The translations under genes were made by a program, and so were the position numbers. A DNA stretch of 64,000 bases from Podarcis vaucheri (taxonomy: Eukaryota): NCBI GenBank assembly GCA_965113315.1, contig OZ220363.1; one strand, given 5' to 3'. Of this stretch, positions 12,487-23,515 are shown in pieces. Under the pieces are notes generated by a model, which saw nothing but the letters and a program-made list of their open reading frames with translations, had not been told where the DNA came from and made no database searches. Numbering within the stretch: the first letter of the stretch is position 1; each line of letters opens with the position of its first letter.

Positions 12487-13887
12487 TGTGAGGCATCTGT
12501 TGGGGATACTTTGAATTCTAGGAAATTCTGACATAGAATGAGCTTGAGGACCTTGGATAGCTAGTGTAGGTTTCTGAACCTGTTCAGGACAGATCTACTG
12601 CAGTTTCATTTTGGACAGGTTGTGGAGAAACTATCTGGGAAAAGGGAAGGATAATCCAAGGATAATAATTCAGTCATATGTTTGGCCAGGATCTTTAGAA
12701 TGTGTACATTTTGCATGGAGGAAATCTGAAGCATGCCTCTGTTTTCCTTAGCAAGAACTTCCTTTAGGGATGGCGTCAGTAAAAATGGCTCCTTTATGAT
12801 AGCAGGAACCTACTCTGGGGTTGCCATCTCTAACTAGAAATCTAGGCTAGGTGCAATTGGGTGCTATAATGGATCAGAAAAATGCAAATAGTTGTTTTCA
12901 CCTAGGTGCAATGATAAGCAGGTTCTCCAGTCCCATCTGAGTTGATGATGCTACTGGCAATTAGGAAGAGCACAGCAAGTGCCCTTTTCATGAGCTGAGT
13001 TGCAAGTGCTACCCAAGACTAGAGCTCCCTTGCAAGTTAATTAGCAGGATAAGCTTGCCAAGATGTCAGCTGCAAGTCAATTACAATCAGAACTTCTGAA
13101 CAGAGCTGAATGAAACCTACTGTTTAGCCCTAAAACTTGGCAGTGATAAGCGCCTTGAATGCAAAATGCAAAATATTGAATCTTGTTTTACCAGCTTTCA
13201 TTTTCGGAATGACTTAAAGGGACATTGATATAGGTGGGAGAGAATACACAAAAAGTGCTTTTATTTGGTTTCCCTTGCCCTTTCTCCTCTTTTGCCATGC
13301 ATTCTTCAAGACACACGTGTAGAGGGATATTGAAACACCACCTTCTCTTTCTTGAGAGAACCTGGGAACCTCACATACCTTGAATGGGCTGCTGAGTTCT
13401 CCAGGGTACCTTTCTTACTTACAGAGTAGCCCTGCTTAAGGCAGCCTTCAACCATCTGGTGCCTTCCAGATGCTTTGGCCTGTAACTCTTATCAGTCCCA
13501 TTCAGGCAAAGGCTAGTTTAAAGGGATTTCCCCTTAACTTTCCAAATTCATTTTGCACTGGGCATGATGGGATATATATGCCTTTTGTGAGTCTAGATAT
13601 GCTCCCGGTGCCCATAGGTTGGAGTTCCAACATTTAACCAGTTAGAGTTAATAAAAAATCACTCTTGATGGATTGATAAGGTATCCCAGTTAAGTGGACA
13701 GCAGATTTTGTTTTGATTTTTTAAATAATTAAAATAGAAACACAGTATCAGAAGAGATATTTCTTCTTCTCCGTCAAACAGAAGCAAATGTTTCTAAGAC
13801 ATGTCTGCTCCCACACATTTATGTCTCCACCAAAAGAACATCAAAATATGTTTGCTTCAAGATTTTTATGTTTCCTCCTTTAAAAAA

Positions 13888-13924
<37 letters not shown>

Positions 13925-13975
13925 GAAAAGACATAGATGGCAACAGGTCATCAAAAAGTAAAAGTCATGTAAGGT

Positions 13976-14106
13976 CATTGGTGTAGATTTTTGTTAGGGG
14001 AGGCAGAACCGATGTGACTGGTCAGTTAGTTAAGTATTTCTGTTGTTTTACTTGATCGGGGTGGGGGTAGGGAGCTGCCCCCTGCCCACCCTTGGTTACA
14101 CCCATG
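13976..14106. mobile_element. hAT MITE
   Basis: TIRs cattggtgtag / ttacacccatg. Perfect 8-bp TSD tgtaaggt. Homologous to 41617-41733. Confidence 0.85.
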
Positions 14107-15335
14107 TGTAAGGTCCATCAAAAAAGATACAGCATGTATTTAAGATAATGGGAGAACAAAAGAGAAGAAAAAGAGGGTAAAGGACAAGAAAGGTGAGAAA
14201 AGGAGAAGAGAACGAAAAGATAGAAAGAAGGAGCTGATACATTTCATAATTGTAATTAAGGCATACAGAATTTTTTTTTATTTAAAGAGAATAAACAGAA
14301 AGAGTGTTCAATGAAAAGAAATGCACAATATAGTGCCACACAAATTCTAGTGGTTTCACTGTTTACTCACATTGATTTTATTTTATTATTACTATATTGT
14401 ATTGTACTTTATTACTACAATATTTTAGAAATCAGTTTTAACTTCTTTTGATTATAAAAAGATTGAGAATTTCCCCCGCTAAACAAATAAAAAATAAGTA
14501 TCTAATTTGTTTTATTTAACATGTGTAGAATCTGACATTCGTCAGTACAGATAGCAGGGCAATATACAGAACACAGAGTAAAACAACTAAATCAAATAAT
14601 GAAATAATAATGATCCATACTGAAATGCACCATGAAACAAATAAAGCAGCTGAAAACAACAGAGCAGATTAAGCCCTAATCAGCTTACAAAACTTGGAAA
14701 GCCTGGGCAAATGAATTAAGCCCCAACTTGATGCCAGGATGATAACAATGGCATATTCAACCCAAACAATTGATTAGTCAATTAAACAAATGAAACCCCT
14801 GCAATTAATTGACTAAGATTTCTTTAATTTGGATGACAGACCATTAAATTCCCTAAAGATGCCAAAATCTAGGTTTTATCCACCAGAATCTGCAAAGCCA
14901 TTTCATTGACTGATATCTCCATGCTGGGGCTTGGCGTGACTGGGGTTGCGGTTTGGAAGGAGCAGAGGGAAAGGAAAGGCAGAGCTGTGGTGGTTCCTCT
15001 CTCCCCTGCTGTGGTACTGGATAAAAGGCGGCATTGTTGTGGTTTTACAGACAGGGCTTGGCGAGTGAGGTCCCTCGTCCTCCAGGCCTGCTGCCTGCTC
15101 TGGTTTTATTGTAAGGTCTCATTGCATCAGGCAGCACAGCAAAATGGAGCGGACTCTGGCACGACATGTCTCTTGCCCTAACCTGGTCTTGAAAATGTTG
15201 TGAGAAAGAGTGGGGCAACTGTATAAATGAAGTAATTAATAGAAGCGCCAGATGTACTTTATTTTAAGAGATGGCCCTGTAGGCACCTAGGATTTTCATG
15301 CTGCAACTTTGCAGGAATCCCAGTTGTGTGATTAT

Positions 15336-15681
15336 GGCCACATTCACCCCATCTATTTAAAGCATTACAGCAGCACTTTAAGCAGTCATGGCTTCCCCTA
15401 AAGAATTCGAGGAGCTATAGTTTGTTAAGGGCCCTGAGACCCCTATTCCCATTTTAGAGCTACAGTTCCCAGCATGGCTTTTAACAACCAAATCCCTCTT
15501 CACAGGAACTCTGGGAATCATAGCTCTGTGAGGGGGAGTAGGGGTCTCCTAAAAACTCTCAGCATCTTTAAACAAACTATAGCTCCCAGAATTCTCTGGA
15601 GAAAGCCATGGCTGTTTAAAGTGGTGTCATAGTGCTTTAGCAACAACAACAACAATTTAAATAGATGGTGTGAATGTAGCC
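15336..15681. mobile_element. Harbinger-like MITE (actacagttccc family, long form)
   Basis: TIRs ggccacattcac..catctatttaaa / tttaaatagatggtgtgaatgtagcc. 3-bp TSD tat. Confidence 0.75.
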
Positions 15682-17359
15682 TATATTAATAGATATGTAC
15701 TCTACCTATCTCTGGTGTGGACTTCCTGTTTTGTGTCAGTAGCACAACAGAACCTGAGACATACATGGCAAAAGTATAATCTCCTGTTAAATGGATCAAA
15801 TGTTTGAGATGTCTTCAATGCTGCCTTTAAATTCCTTTAGAGTCCTGTACCTGGAGAAATCAGCAGCAGGGAAAATGTCCATAGGCCCATCCAGTGGTAG
15901 CTGTGCTATGATCATATCAGTGTTTAGCTCCTGGTTCATAATGTCTAGTAGAACTTAACCCATGGTATGACATTTCTGAGTTTTCCTACCACCACAGTTC
16001 CCATCAATGGCTGCTGGCAATAGGGCTTCAGGGAAGTAAGTGATGGCAGTGACATTGAGATAGGTAAATTCTTTTAGAATGTTCCGGAAGGAGATGGAGA
16101 GCTAACTGTGTGGCTGCCGTTTTGTGTGTGTGGCAGCATTTATTCATTGAACTGTAAGTTGAGCTTGCTCCATTGGTGCACAGGAAACACTGACATATTC
16201 TGGAAGAAATCCTTAAACCCAGGGATAAACTGGGCCTATTGGGCTTTGTCCTGATGTGGTAAGCTCTAGTGAGTTGTTTATAGTGGTACTTTACTTCACT
16301 GTTGTCTGGGGCTCACCATTTTGTCCCAGCCCAAGGCTTGGGACCATCTTGTTTGCAAGCCAGCTATCTTTCTCATTTTCTCTCTGTCCCTCCCCACTTC
16401 ACTTTCCTTCTTCAACCCTCCCTAATCTCATTCTCCTCTTTAAAAAGCAATACCACCAGAGGAAGGAAATGGTGCTGCTGATATACGAGCTACATTACAT
16501 TGGGACATGACCCAGTTGTGGGTTTGGTTCTATCAGATGAAGATGAATGTTGAATGGCCATGACAGACCTAAGCCAATGTCAATTCTGCAGTAGCCAAAG
16601 GCCAAAGCCACTGGGCCAGAGGCAACTGATGGCATAGGCTTGTGGTTCTCAAACTTGTTTCTCTGGGCCCTACTTTCAGAATAAAAATTTGCTTTCACCA
16701 CAACATTTTTTTTTATTGATAAGAAATACATTGGAAAACAAAAAGAAACAACACAGAACACAGCTACTTTATAATATGATCATGGGACACCCAGAAACTA
16801 TAAATCAATGCAGCTACGAACATGAATCATTCCCACATACTTGATGCTCTCATTTTGATATGTACTGTATCCATATTATGTAAATAAGATTTTTTTTTGT
16901 TTTATTAGTATACTATAATACTCTGAAATGTTTAAAAGTTTCTATGATTGTCCTTGAATCTTCCTGCTACAATTGCCATCCTCTCCTGGCTCACCAGTGT
17001 GGTGCACCACACCCTTTGAGAACCACTGGCACAGGTGAATGACTTACTGGGCAGCATTCTTCAAGGAGCTCCCTCATGCAACCATCTGCTTGATGTGGGC
17101 TGTAGGAAATTCATATGGATCCCACAGAGACAGTGATATCAGTGTCCTGTAGTTTCAGACTTTGTCCCCAGACTGTTCACTTAGGACAGCAAGTTGTTCT
17201 TTCAGGTGCCCAAGCAAAGAAGTTTTTGTAAACTGAAAGTCCCCTCCCTGCCTTTGGGCTGCCCATTTGCCACAGGTGTAGATATATATAGACAGGCAGG
17301 CTAGGAATGTCTGTAGGCATATTTGCAAGGCTGCATTTATTGGCCAATAATTGGACATA

Positions 17360-17555
17360 TAAAACTGCCTTATACGGAGCCAGATCATTAGTTTATCTAG
17401 CTCAGCATGGTCTACTCTGACTGGTAGCAGCTCTCAGGGACTCAGACATTTTCTTCTGCAGCCCTGCTAAACTTTTTAAACTGGAGATGGTGGTGATTGA
17501 ATCTGGGACCTTTTGGATGCAAATAATGTGTTCTGCCAGTGAGCTACAGACCCTC
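17360..17555 (-). mobile_element. Old tRNA-derived SINE with CR1-type tail; other copies at about 6200-6295 (+), 29175-29335 (-), 41570-41862 (-) and 63800-63960 (+)
   Basis: Antisense of the element at 33891-34230 (gattgaatctgggaccttt...tctgccagtgagctac; ctactctgactggtagcagctctc). Confidence 0.6.
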
Positions 17556-18178
17556 CCCATATCAATTTCAGGGCTCATAGGTCTAGGTCTTTTAGCTCAG
17601 TTAAGATTGTACAGCACATCAGCCAACCCACCTAAGTCTTTGTCCCTCTCTCTCTCAAAGCTTTTCTCTTTTCTCCCCCACATTTACTCCTTTCTTTCAA
17701 AGCTGCCAATCACTGGTCCACCCCCTGCTGCGTTTCCAAGGCTTGTCTAATCTGGAAATCGAACGTGAACCGAATTCTGTGTGTTGCTGGAAGGAAATAT
17801 GAACCAAATGTAAGCATGGCCGTTCAGGGGGAAACACACTTCCAGGCCCAAGCTGTTTTTAATAAGGGATCTCAATTGGCAGGACCCGGCAACGCCAAGG
17901 CAGCAGGCTCAAGGAAGCCCAAGAAAAAAGAACAGTCAGCACTGAGCTAGTAGGAGAGTGAGGAGGACCCATGTGGTCAATTCAGCTGCTCCAGATTTGC
18001 CAAATTAAGGCTTCTTCTTCTTGCACCAGCTAGATGTCCTTGGTTTGTGTGTGCCTATGTGTGTGCCAACTCGCCTATTTGTAGCAAGGTTATATTCTTC
18101 TTTCCGTCTCATGCTGCTGTCTAGTTTTAGCAAGTGGAGTGTGAATAGGAGGAGTTGCCTCTCTGCTGCATATTGAGG

Positions 18179-18654
18179 CAGTGGATTTCAACCAGTGTGC
18201 CATGGTACCCTGGGGAGCCTTGAATGATGGTTAAGGGTGCCATGGGCATCACTGGCCTCTGTCTCTTTTTCCTTACCTCCCTCCCCTGATGCTCTCTTAC
18301 ATCTCCGCCTCTCCAAGCCTTGCACAGCTGTTTATTGTAGCAGCCCTGACTATAAGCTCCATAGGTGAATGGTGCTTCCAGAAGGAATCTCTCTTTGGGG
18401 TGGTAGGGGACGGGTAGGCAGCTCAGAGACCAGGGGCAACAGCAGCGGCTGCCTGGAGGACTCACAAGGAGAGTGGAGAGGAAAGGAGGCTGGGGGAACA
18501 CTCCACAAGGGAGGGTGTTCAAAAAAGAGGGAGAGACTGCCAGCTCTGCAGGCAAGAGGTGACATAACTGGGCTCCTGATCCCCACAGGGGTGCCGTAGA
18601 AAGAATGTAGTTGGTTAATGGAGCTGTGGACTCCAGAAAGGTTGAAAGCCTCTG
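18179..18654. mobile_element. Degenerate hAT-like element
   Basis: Terminal inverted cagtggatttcaacc / ggttgaaagcctctg with subterminal gtgcc motifs. TSD not preserved. Confidence 0.5.
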
Positions 18655-19499
18655 GCCTAGGGCCTAGAGGCACATTAACCTGGGGCAACGTGGTTTGACA
18701 GCTGTTTCTTTATGTTGGGTATTGTGTATGGCAGGAATTGGAATTAAGAGATATCTAAGGCTGAAACCAAGAGCCAATTAGACTTGCTTTTTGAGCGGGG
18801 TGGGAAGTATGAATGTGTCCACCTGTCTTAAGGTGCTTGCAAAAAATGCAGGAAAGTTAATGCACACACCTTATTTTCCAGAAGCAGAATGCATTTGGCA
18901 AGCTTCCAAAACCAATTAAGAGAATATGTATTTATCTCTTTTTCAAGCACTTTCTTCCTTTTTGCATTTCCACATAGCATAGGGCTATGCTAATCCCTAC
19001 CTTCAAAAGGCAAACTTCGCCATAATGATTTCTGTCATAATTTTTTTTATCAAAATCCTAATTCAGATATCTGATGTTGATATTTAGACTGCAATGATTG
19101 TGCTTGTTAAGTTAAAAGAAGTTAAAAGAAATGCAGCCAAAAGATCCAGACCTCTTTTCATCCCTCAAACCCAAGCCCTACAAGTGAATTCATGGCAAAT
19201 TGGTTGCTTTTGCAGTGGAACTTAACTCAAATGCCAAATTTTGGCATAAATAGCGACTGGCCAGAAACCAAATTCCATGACTTAAAAGAGTAAACAATCA
19301 AAGCCTCTGGCATGAATATCTGCTGCTGCAAGTTAGTCTTCATTTAACACCAAAATGATGCTAGGTGCTGTTCGTATTTAGAGATGGTGCGACACTCCCA
19401 CCACCATCCAGAAGAATTCAGTCCTGGAGATATTTAATGCTCAGATAGCCTGCCGCTGGTTCGGAGACAGGCTTCCCACAATAAGGATTTTAGTGTTCA

Positions 19500-20082
19500 T
19501 GGGTTGTGGGTCTAAATCTGCTAGACTCTCCTGAACACGACTTCAGTGTCCTTTCGTGCTTAGCCAGCCCCAGCTTCCCCCGGAGGAGCATAGCAGTGTG
19601 TTTCATTTCTCCTTCCCTCCTCCTCCTCCTCCTCCTCCTCCTCCTCCTCCTCCTCCCTTTGCTTCTCTTGTGGGGATGGGGCTGCAGCTGAAACTCGGCA
19701 GCCTTTCAACCATTAAACTATATAAAAGCGCGGCAAAGTTATGCAGCTGCCCATCGAGGAGGGGCCTGGAGGGGAGGGGTCTGCAGCCATAAAGAGAGGG
19801 TTTCTCCAGAGGCACCGCCCCTCCCCCTTTCCTTTGGAGGTGAAGGAGCTGACCCAAGAAGAAGCAAGGAGAGGAATCCACGGTGACACCAGGCAAGGGA
19901 AGGCGAAGAGGCAGCAGCGGCTGAGAGGCACATGCCCAGACGTTGCTGTTGGCTGGAAAGCCTCGCACTTTCTCCTTGCCTCTGCTTAGTCCTCCTACCC
20001 CTTGGCGCGGAGGATGTGCTGAGCTGATGCTGTTATGCTGTCGGTGTCACTGAGTCTCCCAAAGGGCCGATCTGGTGACAGG
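19500..20082 (+). promoter_or_regulatory. TNS1: Putative TNS1 promoter and 5' UTR: TATA box TATATAAAAG at 19719-19728, (CCT)n tract, GC/GA-rich, CpG-enriched region extending to about 21000
   Basis: Canonical TATA about 360 bp upstream of the ATG, CAGCTG E-boxes flanking it, and visibly more CpG than the flanks. The TSS is inferred, not observed. Confidence 0.6.
19617..19657. repeat. (CCT)n microsatellite about 60 bp upstream of the TATA box
   Basis: Direct reading. Confidence 0.95.
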
Positions 20083-20115
20083 ATGACCTGGGTTTGCCTG
20101 TCTTGCATGCTTTGG
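20083..20115 (+). CDS. TNS1: Tensin-1 long (C1-containing) isoform, first coding exon (MTWVCLSCMLW)
   Basis: aggATG at 20083 (A at -3), 11 codons, then donor TGG|GTACGT at 20116 (phase 0). Matches the mammalian TNS1 N-terminus as I recall it (MTWICLSCMLW|PEDLEA...) and splices in frame to the exon at 47104. Confidence 0.9.
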
Positions 20116-21117
20116 GTACGTAGATGTCTTTCGACGACATCCCGCAGCATCATTTTCCTCCCTCGCCTTACTCCCAAGGTGCTTGCTTTTGGTTGTGTTG
20201 CAAAGCGAAGCCGGGCTTCTGGTCGAGGGGTTGCAGTTACTGGGCTGGAGTGTTTCCTTCCACTTTTGACCGCATTTCCAAACAGGGCAACTGTAGAGGA
20301 GGAAGGAGGGGATGTCGTGGGAGAGCTTTGTGTTTGTTTCTTCGTGTGTGTGTGTGTGCGTGTGTGCATCCATGTGTTAATGCCAGTTGATGGATGGATT
20401 TCAAAGACTGCCTCTCAGGGATTGGAAAGGGAGACGAGGATCGGGAAAAGGAGAGGAAAACCCTCCTAAAGGATTCCATCTGGATGTGACTTTGCAAGGA
20501 AAGCCTTTGATGCTTGCTGTGAAGCAGATGTCCAGCTATCCGGCTCGCTGCGCCACTGGCGAACACTGCAGGGAAGCCGGGGATGTCGGGCTTAGAAGCA
20601 TTTTCTTCCTTTCTCCCCTGTTTAAAATGCCATTAGTTTTCACGTGAGGGGGAAATTAACTTTTCACTGTTTTCCCGGCGCTTGTGAGAACCAGATCGCT
20701 CGCCCCCTTCTTTACCGGTTTTGCAGCGAAAGGGAGGGCAAAACGAACTGCGCTCACTGAGAGAGCCTCTATGGTCATTTGTTGGCGATCTATTAATGCA
20801 GATAGTGGATGGGTATTTGGAACTGTGGAAACCTGAGCATGACATATTGGAGACCACCCACTAGGCTAGAAAGGTGTTTTGCAGTTGCATCTTGGGACGC
20901 ATGACGGTGGCACCAATATCTAGAAGTGGATCTGGCTGTTCTAAGCCCCTTCCAGGCATCATGACCGATCATACTGGAGACGTGCATGTGACCTGCTGTA
21001 CACGAGTGAGTGTCGAAGCTAGGATAATCTCTGGCCACCTATTTCTTTTCCATGTCCTGTAGGTCAGGTAACCTGCTGCACGTGGCTTGTGTGAGAATCA
21101 GCAAGATTTCTGATTTA

Positions 21118-21347
21118 CAGTGGTACCTCGGGTTAAGAACTTAATTTGTTCTGTAGGTCCGTTCTTAACCTGAAACTGTTCTTAACCTGAGGTACCACTT
21201 TAGCTAATGGGCCTCCCGCTGCCGCCGCACGATTTCTGTTCTCATCCTGAAGCAAAGTTCTTAACCTGAAGCACTATTTCTGGGTTAGCGGAGTGTGTAA
21301 CCTGAAGCGTATTTAACCTGAAGTGTCTGTAACCCGAGGTACCATTG
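21118..21347. mobile_element. Tc1/mariner MITE, family M, copy 2
   Basis: TA|cagtggtacctcgggtta ... taacccgaggtaccattg. Confidence 0.85.
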
Positions 21348-22730
21348 TCATGGGAGAGAAGCAGCCAGTGGGAAAATATCACAGGTTAGGTGCTTCCACA
21401 GGCAGGAAAACAGAGATGCCAAAAATAATTCTGTTTTTAAAGAGCATTATTTGTGCTTCCTTCCAATACTTCATCTAGTAATCCTGCTGGCCAGATCCTG
21501 ATACAGTTGGGCCCAGTGACTTGGAAGGCCACCCTGAGACCCATTTGTAACAAGGCAGGATTTGCTCCGTAGCTGCTCAGCCTGGAAGGGGGGCGGGAAT
21601 GGGCTTTGGGACATAACTAATCGGACAAACATTTGCATGAAAAGAGAACTCCGCTTCTCCAGAGCGGAGCCTGTCTGCCTGGTCCCTACAGTTACAACCC
21701 GCTGTTTGTGACATCGCTTTGTTGCCATAGCGATGCTTTGGGTGGTCCCAAAGGCGTGGGGGGGGGAGGTGGGTAGTTGGAGGACAGAAAGAAGCCAAGA
21801 AGAAGTGGGAGTGGGGGGACTCTGCAACTGCCAAAATTGGCCTCGGTTCTGAAGTGGCCTTTCAGGGGGAGAGAGTGGCGATGGATCATCAGGTTCTCAA
21901 ATCTGGGTGGAAGAGCCAGTGTTGTTGGGGTCTGTTTCCAACACTACCTCATATTAGTTACTCCACAGTAATAAAGATGTGAGCTATTCTTGCTCTTGCT
22001 ATTCTTGCAAAGTGAGGTGGTAAACCATGGAGAAACAGTGGCAGATTTTTTGTTAAGTTTTAGATGTCTCCCTAAAGAAACAGAAGCAAGCAGAGGGATA
22101 GACTCACGAGTGCCGATTCACAAAAGCATTTCTTACAAGCTATGCTTATCCACACATCCCATTGTGCCGCTGCTTTCTCCCTTGAGGAAAACTGCTCCTT
22201 AGTGTTAAATCAGAGCAAACAGCAATTCAGGTTTTCTCTGGACTGCCATTTGCGCCGATCTAGCACTAAAGAGTGAGTTTTCCTTGGGAAACGAGTTGGG
22301 CAAGGGGAAAACTGATTGGAGCCATGCTTTCTAGGCATGGGATGCATGCAAATGTAGATGAGCCCTCTCTTTGCTGTATTGACCGGCGTTGTGCGTAGTC
22401 AGCAATGTATTTTTTTAATTTCAGAACCCTCCGGTTCCTGAAAACCGTTTGAAATATGGGCACTGAGTCGAGATCTCTGTGCATGAATTGGCCCATGATC
22501 TGTCTTGCGCAGGAGCCTTTCCCCACTGTCCCATCTATTCCTGGTTATGGTCAAAATGGAGAGTAATCTGAATATATGAACAAGAGACCTAAACAGTTTC
22601 AGCCTTCATGAGACTTACAGGCCCAGAGTCCCCTTGGACTCATGGGGAAAGTTCCTTACTCCTTTGATGGTTTGCTTAGTCTCCTTGCATGTGTACAGAG
22701 GAAGCCGAACCCTGTATTCAAAGAATAAGT

Positions 22731-23515
22731 AAAAAGGCAAAGGTAAAGGACCCCTGGATGGTTAAGACCAGTCAAAGGCGACTATGGGGTTGTGGTGCTC
22801 ATCTCGTTTCAGCCCAAGGGAGCCAGCGTTTGTCTGCAGACAGCTTTCCATGTCATTTCATGGAGGACCTTAAGGTCCATAAATAGCAACACTCTAGAGG
22901 TCCCGGGCCCTAAGGAAGTTAGATTAGCCTCAACCAGAGCCAGGGCCTTTTCAGCACTGGCTCCGGCTATGTCTCATGAGACCAGGGCCTTGCGGGATCT
23001 GATTTCTTTCCGCAGGGCCTGTAGGACAGAGTTGTTCCTCCTGGCCTTTGGCTTAGAATCAGTTTGATTCCCTCCCCCCCTTTCTTTTTTTCCTTTCTCT
23101 TCCTGTGATGAGGCTGCATTTTAATGTTTTAATTGTTTTAATGTTGTATTTTAATCTTGTTTTTTAATTTGTATTTCAATCAACTTGTTTTTATTATTGG
23201 CTGTTAGCTGCCCTGAACCTGGTCTTGGCTGGGGAGGGTGGGGTATAAATAAAATTGATGATGATGACGATGACGATGATGGTGATGATGATGTGGTCAG
23301 CAGGACTAAACCGCTTCTGGCACAACAGAACACCGTGGCGGAAACCAGAGCACACGGAAACACCGTTTACCTTCCCACCACAGTGGTACCTATTTATCTA
23401 CTTGCACTGGCATTCTTTTGAACTGCTAAGTTGACAGGAGATGGGACAGAGCAAGGGGAGCTCACCCCATCGCGGGGATTCGAACTGCCAACCTTCTGAT
23501 CAGCAGGCCCAGCCA
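22731..23515 (-). mobile_element. Sauria SINE split by an L2 insertion (halves 22731-22856 and 23293-23515)
   Basis: The SINE body ...tgtcat|gtggtcagcaggactaaac... is contiguous once 22857-23292 is removed. Confidence 0.82.
22857..23292 (+). mobile_element. L2 LINE 3' fragment with (GAT)n tail
   Basis: Encodes EVRLASTRARAFSALAP...FRRACRTELF (L2 ORF2 end). 3' end gggagggtgggtataaataaaatt(gat)n. Confidence 0.8.

Noticed and set aside
20035-20469. 144-aa ORF as a standalone gene
   Set aside because: It is TNS1 exon 1 read through the donor at 20116 into intronic sequence, including a (GT)n tract.
21831-21840. CArG boxes (21831, 31478, 58432) as SRF sites
   Set aside because: A handful of CC(A/T)6GG matches is expected by chance in 64 kb. 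No support without conservation data.
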